Below are positions 8,771 through 17,847 of a DNA stretch of 54,832 nucleotides, piece after piece (position 1 is the first letter of the stretch; every line of letters begins with the position of its first letter). Below the pieces are notes generated by a model that saw only the letters and a list, made by a program, of their open reading frames with translations, made no database searches and had not been told where the DNA came from. This stretch comes from a virus. Its lineage: Duplodnaviria; Caudoviricetes. Made by a program: the position numbers and the translations under genes. The stretch covers positions 1-54,832 of IMG/VR virus record IMGVR_UViG_3300037124_000029; one strand, given 5' to 3'.

Positions 8771-9558
8771 TATGGCATTTGAGGTGGTTTATTGCCTTTT
8801 ATATCTTTCTTTCTATCCGCAGGAGCTTTATGTGCTACGGAAAACATTTCATTTATCGTAGAATCCCCATCTTTTATTGCCTGCATCATTGATTTGAGAT
8901 CAGCAATGTCTTGTATTTTAACATATTTATCTTCTTTTAGGCCTATAGCTTTTCTTACCATATCCTCAGATACATTTGACTTTTGAAAGTGCGTGTATGC
9001 TGCGTTCAAAGCTTTATTGAGCTTTTCTTGTGTATCCAAATCCCCTACCATAACCTTAATGGCAAAATCCAGTACTGCATTTGTAATAGGATATGGAATA
9101 ACATCGAATACGGCATTTCTATATGCAATAGCACGTGCGGCATTGCCTGTCATCGTTATCATGTCGTCATTGTATCGACCATACCGGCCTATTATTGAAC
9201 GCCTGACTTCAACTTTTATGGCGTTGTTGTTTTCAAGATCAAAACATACGGCCTCGGCAACAACATGTTTGTCAGTTTCAAGCTTGATTCTTGATTCAGA
9301 TCGGCTGTTACCATATTGCTGCATAATGATTCTTGCCAGATGAACGGACGGGCCAGAGACTCTCTTACCCCCTCGGGGCAAAACATATCTACAAGATTGA
9401 GCGACATCTTGGCTTATAGCAACTATCTGATTGCAAGATTCTATTATTTTAGGAATAGATCGCCTTGGGTGCCTTTTCGCTGTTTCAACATGTTTATCAT
9501 ATCCGAAACTTTCAAGCTCTTCAGCTCCCACTTGAGTTATACTAATTTCTTCTTTCAT
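8770..9558 (-). CDS. Phage protein, possibly ssDNA-annealing/recombination
   Basis: YVLPRGGKRVSGPSVHLAR motif; lies next to two nucleases. Function is inferred from context. Confidence 0.4.
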   Translation of the reverse strand: MKEEISITQVGAEELESFGYDKHVETAKRHPRRSIPKIIESCNQIVAISQDVAQSCRYVLPRGGKRVSGPSVHLARIIMQQYGNSRSESRIKLETDKHVVAEAVCFDLENNNAIKVEVRRSIIGRYGRYNDDMITMTGNAARAIAYRNAVFDVIPYPITNAVLDFAIKVMVGDLDTQEKLNKALNAAYTHFQKSNVSEDMVRKAIGLKEDKYVKIQDIADLKSMMQAIKDGDSTINEMFSVAHKAPADRKKDIKGNKPPQMP

Positions 9559-9563
9559 TTTAA

Positions 9564-9770
9564 TTACTTTGTTAAATCGTTTATACTTATGCCTAGAGCA
9601 TTTGATATATTTTTCAACACACCTATTTTGATGTTAACAGAACCGCCCTCAAGCTTAGCGACCTGTTGCCTGGTAAGACCTATTTTTTCCGCTAATTCAC
9701 GTTGTGACATGGCCTTTTCTTTTCTGTATGTTTTAATATTTAAACTTACTCTGTTTATAAAATTCTCCAT
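9564..9770 (-). CDS. XRE-family HTH transcriptional regulator
   Basis: MSQRELAEKIGLTRQQVAKLEGG. Confidence 0.9.
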   Translation of the reverse strand: MENFINRVSLNIKTYRKEKAMSQRELAEKIGLTRQQVAKLEGGSVNIKIGVLKNISNALGISINDLTK

Positions 9771-9788
9771 AAGCTATTTTAATTTAAA

Positions 9789-9986
9789 TCAATTGCATTC
9801 AAAATGTATCATTAAAGGCCTTGGTAGCCTTTTACCTTCCCAATTTTCGCCTTTTTCATCTAAGAAAATGTAATATGCGGCATTCATTGTCCTGTGGCAC
9901 ACGTTTGTATTTGCCAATGTTATAGGCATGCTAATATTAGCTATTCCTCTGGTCACGCCCATTGAGTTAGTATCAAAATTTTTCAT
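9789..9986 (-). CDS. Hypothetical protein
   Basis: Co-oriented 65-aa ORF. Confidence 0.4.
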   Translation of the reverse strand: MKNFDTNSMGVTRGIANISMPITLANTNVCHRTMNAAYYIFLDEKGENWEGKRLPRPLMIHFECN

Positions 9987-10057
9987 AATCTATCTTTTTA
10001 ATCTAGTTAGATAATCTTTGTACTTTTTCATTTTAATTAAATGATCGCTCATTTTTT

Positions 10058-10351
10058 TTATGGTTTCAATAAGTTCCACAATTCAATTTTGGCAGCATAA
10101 ATTTCCTGTTTAGTTACATATCGAAGGTTATTTTTGTTATCATATTCTCTACGATCTTCCATACTTAATCTTCTGTATTCATGATCATAGATATCCTTTT
10201 CTACATTCAGCCATTTACGTTTGCCTTTCTGCTTGTAAAATACATCGACTCGATATTGCATGCTTTCACTTCTATATGAATCAATGTAAGCGTTTACGCA
10301 AATTTGGTATAGCGTACCATCTTCTCTTTTTATTATCTTTTCGTGCCTCAT
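10058..10351 (-). CDS. Hypothetical protein behind the repeated promoter
   Basis: 97-aa ORF directly downstream of promoter copy 2. Confidence 0.75.
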   Translation of the reverse strand: MRHEKIIKREDGTLYQICVNAYIDSYRSESMQYRVDVFYKQKGKRKWLNVEKDIYDHEYRRLSMEDRREYDNKNNLRYVTKQEIYAAKIELWNLLKP

Positions 10352-10362
10352 AATGGTTTGTT

Positions 10363-10433
10363 TTTTTATGTTGTTTCTATATTCAAATATACGGACTTTT
10401 TTTGAATATGTTGCAAACTTTTTGATGCTTTTT
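10363..10433 (-). promoter_or_regulatory. 71-bp repeated promoter+leader cassette, copy 2
   Basis: Near-identical to copies 1 and 3. Confidence 0.85.
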
Positions 10434-10444
10434 TGTGAAAAAAC

Positions 10445-10475
10445 AAAAAAAAGGCAAGATAAATAATCCTGCCTT
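10445..10475 (-). terminator. Rho-independent terminator ending the late operon
   Basis: - strand AAGGCAGGAT/ATCTTGCCTT stem followed by a U-tract. Confidence 0.75.
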
Positions 10476-10500
10476 CTTAATATTAGTCTTTTAGAATGTT

Positions 10501-10914
10501 CTATTCTGAGTCGCTTAGCTTATCTTCCAGGTAAATCAACAATCCTGTTTTAACAAGGTTAAGAAAACTTATAATTATAGTTTTCACCCATTCTTTTTCG
10601 ATCTCGCCTTCAACAATAGTATCAATAATAGCGAATACCTTTTCAACAGAAGTGGTATAATCTTTGTCGCCGTCAAAACAATCATCCACTGCGGCCTGAA
10701 TTTCATCTTTCCATTCATCAGGGATATATGGAGAGGCCAATTTATTCGTTTGCGTAATTGCCGTTTTTATGAGCGGCCCATCAAGGGCTTCTCCTACTTT
10801 ACCCATTATTGTACTTTTGAATACCTTTTCGGCATCAAAACCTTTATCTATCGCTTTTGCAATAATTTTTATTTGTTCATCTGTAAGCGTCAATAATTCA
10901 TTGTCTTTTTTCAT
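10501..10914 (-). CDS. Hypothetical protein, last gene of the lysis/late operon
   Basis: 137-aa ORF before the terminator. Confidence 0.7.
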   Translation of the reverse strand: MKKDNELLTLTDEQIKIIAKAIDKGFDAEKVFKSTIMGKVGEALDGPLIKTAITQTNKLASPYIPDEWKDEIQAAVDDCFDGDKDYTTSVEKVFAIIDTIVEGEIEKEWVKTIIISFLNLVKTGLLIYLEDKLSDSE

Positions 10915-10948
10915 ACGTATAGAATGTTAATATTAATAATAACTACAA

Positions 10949-11185
10949 TTATTTTTTTGATTTGTCCATATGTGCCCTTCCCGCAACTATTCCTAGAATT
11001 GTTCCTCCAAAGGTTATCCATTGCACAGCAGTTACGCCTAAAGCAATAGGGCATATAGGGCTAACAAGCAACAAAGCCACGCTTGAAGCCGTCCCGCAAA
11101 TGTTACGGATCTTTTTCCACTTTGGGCTTATCGTGCTTGACGATAGCCTTTCCTTTATCTCTTCTTTTATGTTTATTTCTCCCAT
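10949..11185 (-). CDS. Small membrane protein (holin-like)
   Basis: Two hydrophobic segments, basic C-terminus, near the endolysin. Confidence 0.5.
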   Translation of the reverse strand: MGEINIKEEIKERLSSSTISPKWKKIRNICGTASSVALLLVSPICPIALGVTAVQWITFGGTILGIVAGRAHMDKSKK

Positions 11186-11613
11186 TTAAGCCACATTACA
11201 AATGTAAGTAGAAACATTCCACCCCTTAATATCATTATCTGCCATATTTTTACCCCGGACAATATATTGTTCCAAAAGTCTGTAGTGCCTATATGGGAAA
11301 TCTGTAGTGCCGTAAAAATATTGAAAGACAGATCAAAAAGGGCTATTCTTAAAAACCAGTACGTAAGGGCCAATAAAACGACTACACGCCAATTTATAGT
11401 ATAACTTCCCCCGCCAAATACTTTAAGGTTCCATACGCGAGCATACACAAGCGGCAAAGCAAACATTACGGCATGCGCCACCTCTTCTATTGCCTTTGAT
11501 ATTGCTTTATGCCCTTCGTAAAAAAGAGCATCCGTAAGGGCTAATAAAATAATTATAACCGAATAGGATACCGGTATTATAAATTGTTTCATATGTATCT
11601 TTTTATTAGCCAT
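11173..11613 (-). CDS. Multi-TM membrane protein in the lysis region
   Basis: About 4 hydrophobic segments. Confidence 0.6.
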   Translation of the reverse strand: MANKKIHMKQFIIPVSYSVIIILLALTDALFYEGHKAISKAIEEVAHAVMFALPLVYARVWNLKVFGGGSYTINWRVVVLLALTYWFLRIALFDLSFNIFTALQISHIGTTDFWNNILSGVKIWQIMILRGGMFLLTFVMWLKWEK

Positions 11614-12254
11614 TCGGCAAAGTTAATTTCAAACCTCTCGTTTTCATCTGAATCCATAAGCAATTCAACGTCACTTTTACATGTCTGGAAAAGCCATTCA
11701 ATTAAAAATGAATCATATTTTGGCTTTACGCTTTTGTACCCAGCGATAACAGTAAAATCAGCTTCGTAATCTTCATCGCCATCGCTGTATTTTTGTTTTC
11801 TGAAATTATAATCAGGATACTTTTTGTACATAAAACGAAACCAATCCGAAGCTATAGGATCTGAATTATCCTGCCCTTTAGATGTCCATACGGCACCCCC
11901 TTTAGCGGTCTCGCACCAGCCGTCTTTATCAGTTATACTGCTAGGCGCAGCATCGTTATGAAGCGGTACCATTAAACAATGGTCGTATGCTTCTGCAATC
12001 TTATTATATTGCTTTACACGATATGTCCTGGGTGTTATTTCTTTTTCTAGCTGCACGTATGGAAAGTAAAAATCCACATCTAAATCAAGTGATATTACTT
12101 TTTTAATTATGCCTATCTCTCTTGACCTACTCCATAAATATTCTCTGTGTTTTCCGTCAGGAGATCTTTTCCCTTTTGTTTCTTTTCCGTGGGCCGGGTC
12201 GAATATGAAAGCGTTGTTCTTTCTTTTACATGCAGGTACTATATCTATTTCCAT
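11589..12254 (-). CDS. Endolysin, N-acetylmuramoyl-L-alanine amidase (Amidase_3)
   Basis: DPAHG...GKRSPDGKHREY, LHNDAA, FLIEWLF Zn-binding/catalytic motifs. Confidence 0.85.
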   Translation of the reverse strand: MEIDIVPACKRKNNAFIFDPAHGKETKGKRSPDGKHREYLWSRSREIGIIKKVISLDLDVDFYFPYVQLEKEITPRTYRVKQYNKIAEAYDHCLMVPLHNDAAPSSITDKDGWCETAKGGAVWTSKGQDNSDPIASDWFRFMYKKYPDYNFRKQKYSDGDEDYEADFTVIAGYKSVKPKYDSFLIEWLFQTCKSDVELLMDSDENERFEINFAEWLIKRYI

Positions 12255-12257
12255 AAA

Positions 12258-12578
12258 TTACTTATTTCTGTTAATTTCACTCTGATACAGGAACTGAACC
12301 ATTTTAAACATTTCGTCAAAACGTCTTTCGGTATTTTTATGAATCTCTTCATGAGAAAGTTTGTACGTTTCGACTTTTAAATCAACTTTGGATATTTCAG
12401 ATTCAATCTTTGAATCTACTTTAGATACTTCTGTGTTAACGTAATCTTTTGAAGCCATGTTAGCCTCATGATCTTTTTTCATCTTCCGGAATGTCGCTCT
12501 TACCGCTACAATAGAAGTCACAACCCCAGTAATTGTGACAAACAATGCTATTATAGATACTATTATTCTTGCTTCCAT
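12258..12578 (-). CDS. Putative holin/antiholin (single N-terminal TM plus coiled coil)
   Basis: N-terminal hydrophobic helix; directly upstream of the endolysin. Confidence 0.5.
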   Translation of the reverse strand: MEARIIVSIIALFVTITGVVTSIVAVRATFRKMKKDHEANMASKDYVNTEVSKVDSKIESEISKVDLKVETYKLSHEEIHKNTERRFDEMFKMVQFLYQSEINRNK

Positions 12579-12870
12579 TTACGCCAATTAAAATAACTGA
12601 TATGTTAAATGTTTTGATTGCAGAATCATATATCATATTTATGATATCTATTATAGACATTGCGCCAAACATGGAAACAGGTATTAAATTTATTGGTTTT
12701 TTTGTGCCTAAATATCTTCCTAAACTTATCAAAGCAATACTAAGACAGATATAAACAAAACATATTTCACTAAAAAATCCAACGAAGTAATGCCCTTCCC
12801 TCATTAAAAAGAAAGGGCATATACCTATAATCGCAAAAACCAGTCCTGATATATAGAATAATTTATTCAT
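12466..12870 (-). CDS. Multi-TM membrane protein
   Basis: 3-4 hydrophobic segments; overlaps the next gene. Confidence 0.55.
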   Translation of the reverse strand: MNKLFYISGLVFAIIGICPFFLMREGHYFVGFFSEICFVYICLSIALISLGRYLGTKKPINLIPVSMFGAMSIIDIINMIYDSAIKTFNISVILIGVNGSKNNSIYNSIVCHNYWGCDFYCSGKSDIPEDEKRS

Positions 12871-12876
12871 AATAAA

Positions 12877-12960
12877 TCAAACCTCTGGTACAGCATGATC
12901 TCCATCATCATCATCTTCATCGTCGTGTGGTAAGCGAAAATGCCATTCTTCATTTTTCAT
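12877..12960 (-). CDS. 27-aa acidic peptide
   Basis: Own translation MKNEEWHFRLPHDDEDDDDGDHAVPEV; A-rich leader; stop lies just before the next ATG. Confidence 0.5.
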   Translation of the reverse strand: MKNEEWHFRLPHDDEDDDDGDHAVPEV

Positions 12961-13016
12961 AATGTCTGTTTTTTAATTAAACGTTATTAATAGCCGTAAA
13001 GTTATGTATTTTTTTA

Positions 13017-13925
13017 TTATAAATCGTAAATAACAGTATAGCTTGTCCAAGGCGATACATCATATCCGGTAGCGCCAACCGGCACATGTATTTCATTTAT
13101 GTTAAACAATGCATTAGTGCCAGTTGATGGAGCTATGTCTATATAAATGTTCAAATCATTTGATATAGTCCCAATATAGAACCAATTAGCCTCTATGCTT
13201 GTAACTTGCGAGTTTATATTTACGTCATTTGCTAACGCTCCGTAAAACATGCCTACAGGCAAAGCAGTTACATTAGCAGATACATTAACGGTTGTTAGAT
13301 TTGTGTTAAACCTGAAACTATTCCGCCCTATATAGGTAATGTTAGCTGGGATATCAAGAACGCCTGTAAGATCGGCATTCCAAAAGGCTGCCGTATCAAT
13401 GTCAGTTATGCCAGTAAAATCGACACTGGTAAATTCAGTGTCCCTAAAGGCATTCGTACCTATATATGTTAATGTAGACGGAAAAGCAGGTATAGGGCCT
13501 GTAGCGTTATAACACCCACAAAATCCACATACTATATCTGTTAAACCAACTTCACCAAATGAGGTTATTCCCGTAACCTTCGCTGTATCGCCCGTAAAAT
13601 CAAAAGACCATGCGGTCATTGTTCCAGTGATAGATATCATATATTCACCTCCAGCAGCGTAAGTATGCGTAATGTCAGGATCATTATAACTAGTAATTTC
13701 TGATTCGTTGCCGTCTCCCCATTCGGCTGTCAAATCGTAAGTACCAGAACTTTTAAGAGGTAAAGTGAACGAATCCCCAGTACCTAGATCAGTATCTATT
13801 GTTATTGCAAAGGCATCTTCATCAATTGCGGCTTCTGTATTGGCCAATAAAATATCAAATGCCTGTCCTTTTACAAAGGAAGCTAATAATAAAAAAAGTA
13901 ATATATTAAAATGCTTTAACCCCAT
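13017..13925 (-). CDS. BspA-type leucine-rich-repeat/PKD-like protein with signal peptide (candidate adhesin)
   Basis: LTYIGTNAF, ITDIDTAAF, ITYIGRNSF repeats; WGDG...THTYAAGGEY PKD-like motif; start 13925 MGLKHFNILLFLLLASFVKG|Q. Confidence 0.75.
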   Translation of the reverse strand: MGLKHFNILLFLLLASFVKGQAFDILLANTEAAIDEDAFAITIDTDLGTGDSFTLPLKSSGTYDLTAEWGDGNESEITSYNDPDITHTYAAGGEYMISITGTMTAWSFDFTGDTAKVTGITSFGEVGLTDIVCGFCGCYNATGPIPAFPSTLTYIGTNAFRDTEFTSVDFTGITDIDTAAFWNADLTGVLDIPANITYIGRNSFRFNTNLTTVNVSANVTALPVGMFYGALANDVNINSQVTSIEANWFYIGTISNDLNIYIDIAPSTGTNALFNINEIHVPVGATGYDVSPWTSYTVIYDL

Positions 13926-14469
13926 TCTCTTGAGCATCAATAAATTCCTCGTCATATTGTCCCATCAATTCTGCTTGCGCAGACATATCTAAAATTTGCT
14001 TAATCTGAGTGCCTGTAAGTATGCTGCCTATCCACATTTGTGTAAGGGTATAACAATATCCGTTATACGTGTAAAGGCCTGCCCGGTTGAACCAAAACGC
14101 GTAATTCATTGTCTGTAATCCTGTTGAGCTTACGTATTGATAATATGGAAGAGATGTTGATACATTAGAAGCCAATGCCGATTCGGGAAATTTTAAAACT
14201 AAAGTGGCACCGGTTACCGATCCGTCATTATTTAATATGGAATCCAATTCTGCTTCGTCCGGGTTCCATTTTATCAGATCCACGGTATACATCGTGTTTC
14301 CGTTGGTTTTTACCGGGTTAGAGAAAGTCCCGTCAAAAACATTGTTATACACCATCGCGAATAGTGAACTGTCAACTTTTGCTTTTTGTGTTTTGATAGT
14401 AACACGTTGGGCGTTTGACGTAAGGCTAATAAATAAAGCCATAAAATAAAAGATAGCAATTTTTTTCAT
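13906..14469 (-). CDS. Signal-peptide protein in the tail-fibre module
   Basis: MKKIAIFYFMALFISLTSNA|Q. Confidence 0.7.
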   Translation of the reverse strand: MKKIAIFYFMALFISLTSNAQRVTIKTQKAKVDSSLFAMVYNNVFDGTFSNPVKTNGNTMYTVDLIKWNPDEAELDSILNNDGSVTGATLVLKFPESALASNVSTSLPYYQYVSSTGLQTMNYAFWFNRAGLYTYNGYCYTLTQMWIGSILTGTQIKQILDMSAQAELMGQYDEEFIDAQENGVKAF

Positions 14470-14474
14470 GATTA

Positions 14475-17400
14475 TTAATTTTGATTTACAAATACTGTAT
14501 ATATTACCCTGCTAGGTGATTTTACAAACTGCACATATGAACCGGCTTCTGATCCTGTATCAAATTCAAGTGTATTGTATTTTGTGCCCCATCCGGAGCC
14601 AACAGATATCGTGTGAGATCCTGTCGCATCCTGGTTTATTTCTAATGTAGAAGTACCATAAGGAAGCCCAGTAATATTTATTGTTATGTTGCCTGTTAAT
14701 GTTATATATCTATTGTGAGGATTTCCATCCGTAAAATCTATGCTTTTAGTTGAGGAATAAGTTTCCTCATACCAATTTATTTCAATCTCACCGTTAAATT
14801 CGGCTTTGTCGCTTACATTCATAGTATCTCCTTTAATTTTATCAATTGTAGCACTATCGGAAACTATACTATCAGATTGCACGCTTTCAGTTATTATATT
14901 ATCTATATTAAAAGTACTAGTACTAGTACTTAATGTTGCTATAGGATTATTAGAAGTATTTCTCCAAGTAAAATCAATTACTCTTACATCTAATTCTCTA
15001 TCAACTAAAGACAAATAACCACCATTAGTACTTGTTAAATATAAGTTTGGCGAATTTATATTTATTTGGCCAACACCTTCACCTCCTAACTGTATATAAT
15101 CAGGTGTGGTTGACGAATAGATTGTTGTATATTCCGTAGTACCAGTAGGTTTTATAATGTATATAGGATTATCAGATTTTGTTCCAATCCACAAGGTATC
15201 TTCACTTGCTATTCGAAAATGACCATCAAGATTTAAATCTGTTGTCAAGTTTGTAAAGCCACCATATGTATTTATGTATAAATTACTCCCAGAACCACTT
15301 CTATTTATACCTAACCCGAAATATTCAGTCCATGAGGGTAGTGTCAATAATTTAATGTCAAAATCATTATCCAGGCCCGTGCCAATATTAAGGTAATCAT
15401 TGCTTCCAAAATATTTTTTTTCTATCAATATGTCGTACCCTTCAGGACTCTTGATTTTTGATGTCGTTACGCTATCGTTAAAAACTGCCTTTGCCGCTAC
15501 TACACTATCAAAGCTGGTGTTATGTACAACGCTCACTACGCCTGCTGAATCTTTAAACGTATTTTCCCTAAATTCGACAGAAGTTTCTGCATTGTTGACA
15601 AATAAAATTTTATCCCCATCTCCTGAATATGAGTTCGGGGTATCGCTCAAATCCAAAAAAGATCCTGCACTTTCACCTCCTTTACTTCCCCCTCCTATTA
15701 CTCCGCCTCGCCAATCTATAAAATCAACTGGATCTCCAAGCTCGTTTGTAGCGCTCACAACCCTAGCTTTAACAGAGTTTGCGTAAGAATCAGAAGTTTG
15801 ATAAATAATCGAATATAACAATATCGATTCACGGCCTGGGATGGCTCTTTTTAATATTTCTTTACCTTCTACTAAGGCGCCATCTTCTGCATCTGCTTTA
15901 AGCGCGTATTTATTTTGACCTACTACAGCAAATATTTTAAGCGAATCTGCAATATTGTTAAGGGCGAATATATGGCATAACACGAAATTGTTATTTGTGA
16001 CAGTTACCAACGTGCCTGTTTCAACATCGTTATAAACCAACCGGCCTGTTGAGCCAACCCCGGCTGTCATGTCTGTTAAAACAGGAAATCCGGGTTCATA
16101 TATCCTTCGTGCTAAATTCAAAGTTCCTGACAAATAATATATAGGAATATTATCGCCTTTTTGAATAGAAGGTGTTGTTTCAAATATATCCTCATTATTG
16201 AAGCCACCTGACGTTACATTAAATTGAGCTGTCGTATCAAAATCGCCATCCCCATCTGGTGTAATTCCCGTTATATTAATTCCCGTGGAATACAAAGCCC
16301 CAAGTGTAAAATGAAGATATTCATGTATAAAAGGATTTATATTATATGTATGCCGTTGATTTCCCAGATATAAATGTACGTCATCGGTAGCATTCCAATA
16401 AATTTGACTTACAATTGTAAAATTACGATATATATCCCTAATTTGAGATTCATTAGCTTGATATATCGTTTTTATAGAATCTTGATCATAATAAATTGTA
16501 TGTAGGCCTTCTATATCAGGAATTTGAATTGAATCAACATCAATTGTATATTTTGAGCCATCTTGATAAAAAAGGAAATCGCCACCAACTGGCTCTATTT
16601 TAAAATAACGCGTTGCATCATCAAAGCTTAAAATTGTATATGAATTTGAATAATCAGGAAACCCGAAAACTTTTACCGGCTCCCCTCTACTGTCTTGCTT
16701 TAATGCCCATGTAGTGTCAGATGTTGGTATTATTGATACGGATGAATTATTAACATTATTAGTCAAAGTATTCACCTCGTTAATAGTTTGACCATTAAAT
16801 GCGTTAAGAGTATATTGCCCTTTTCCGTAAAGTATGAATATAATTTCTTTTACATCATCTGTGTAGTTAACTAAAGCAGCATCAGGCAGATTAATATTTA
16901 TTTCGCCATTATCGGCATTTACTATAAATATTTTGTTTTTTTGATATTCTGAACCTAGCGTTGTGTCATTGTTGATAAATTCAATTTCATTAATTGCCGC
17001 CCCTCTTCCGTAATTAGCCGTATCTACGGTAATACTTCCGCTACCAATACTGCTCATGTCAACGCTTATTTGGCATTCTCCGGTTATTACACCTGAATTG
17101 TTCAGATATTCTACATTGTAAGTAATATAATTTCCTGAATCTGAGATGGGCCCATTTATTTTATAATTTATATAATTTGTACCGTCCGAAATCGAAACAA
17201 AGGCCCCGGTATCAGCTATCACAATAAAATTAGATTTATCCTCTGAAGATTTATCAAAAGCATCAATGTATATTTGCGTCACATTTGAATATGTGGCACT
17301 ATTGAACCTAAAATTACCAGCACCTGGCCTTTCATTAACGATCAATGTGCTGTAATTGTACACGTAATTGAAAGGTAAAAAAAGCTGTGATTCGTTTATT

Positions 17401-17846
17401 AATTCCCTAACCTCTCTTATGCTTATCATAGTATCTGTAGTGCCAAACCTTTGTACTTTTAGGTAATCGTCGGTTATTGACCATTCATTGCCAGCAGCAT
17501 TTACAGTAAAATCCCCATCCGTGTCAAGATTCATAGAAGTTGAAGAATAAACATTAAATATGTTCATACGGTTTGTAGAGGTTCCTAAGTTGATATTGTT
17601 TCCCCCTCCGGTAATGGTTGTGTTTTCATCAAAAGATCCACCAAGTTTAAAATCCTGATCGTCTTTCGTGATACCATTTGAAGCCGTTGTTAAATCTCCA
17701 CTGACAAGATCTAAAATATATGCCCCCAATGTATCCCCTCTAAAATATATTTGATCGTCAACTTCTATGATGTCAATTCTTATCTCTTTCTGCCCATATA
17801 CATAAATAGGGGCTATAAAAGCCATCAAAATAAATAATTTCTTCAT
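14475..17846 (-). CDS. Tail fibre/receptor-binding protein with N-terminal signal peptide
   Basis: Start 17846 MKKLFILMAFIAPIYVYG|Q; fibre-type segments FLDLSDTPNSYSG..., INLPDAA...GQTIN and C-terminal IDFTDGN...TLTGN...INQDATGSHTI. Confidence 0.75.
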   Translation of the reverse strand: MKKLFILMAFIAPIYVYGQKEIRIDIIEVDDQIYFRGDTLGAYILDLVSGDLTTASNGITKDDQDFKLGGSFDENTTITGGGNNINLGTSTNRMNIFNVYSSTSMNLDTDGDFTVNAAGNEWSITDDYLKVQRFGTTDTMISIREVRELINESQLFLPFNYVYNYSTLIVNERPGAGNFRFNSATYSNVTQIYIDAFDKSSEDKSNFIVIADTGAFVSISDGTNYINYKINGPISDSGNYITYNVEYLNNSGVITGECQISVDMSSIGSGSITVDTANYGRGAAINEIEFINNDTTLGSEYQKNKIFIVNADNGEININLPDAALVNYTDDVKEIIFILYGKGQYTLNAFNGQTINEVNTLTNNVNNSSVSIIPTSDTTWALKQDSRGEPVKVFGFPDYSNSYTILSFDDATRYFKIEPVGGDFLFYQDGSKYTIDVDSIQIPDIEGLHTIYYDQDSIKTIYQANESQIRDIYRNFTIVSQIYWNATDDVHLYLGNQRHTYNINPFIHEYLHFTLGALYSTGINITGITPDGDGDFDTTAQFNVTSGGFNNEDIFETTPSIQKGDNIPIYYLSGTLNLARRIYEPGFPVLTDMTAGVGSTGRLVYNDVETGTLVTVTNNNFVLCHIFALNNIADSLKIFAVVGQNKYALKADAEDGALVEGKEILKRAIPGRESILLYSIIYQTSDSYANSVKARVVSATNELGDPVDFIDWRGGVIGGGSKGGESAGSFLDLSDTPNSYSGDGDKILFVNNAETSVEFRENTFKDSAGVVSVVHNTSFDSVVAAKAVFNDSVTTSKIKSPEGYDILIEKKYFGSNDYLNIGTGLDNDFDIKLLTLPSWTEYFGLGINRSGSGSNLYINTYGGFTNLTTDLNLDGHFRIASEDTLWIGTKSDNPIYIIKPTGTTEYTTIYSSTTPDYIQLGGEGVGQININSPNLYLTSTNGGYLSLVDRELDVRVIDFTWRNTSNNPIATLSTSTSTFNIDNIITESVQSDSIVSDSATIDKIKGDTMNVSDKAEFNGEIEINWYEETYSSTKSIDFTDGNPHNRYITLTGNITINITGLPYGTSTLEINQDATGSHTISVGSGWGTKYNTLEFDTGSEAGSYVQFVKSPSRVIYTVFVNQN

Positions 17847-17847
17847 A

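Noticed and set aside
13017-17846. Diversity-generating retroelement or invertible shufflon acting on fibre genes
   Set aside because: No reverse transcriptase or invertase, and no TR/VR pair or inverted gene copies seen
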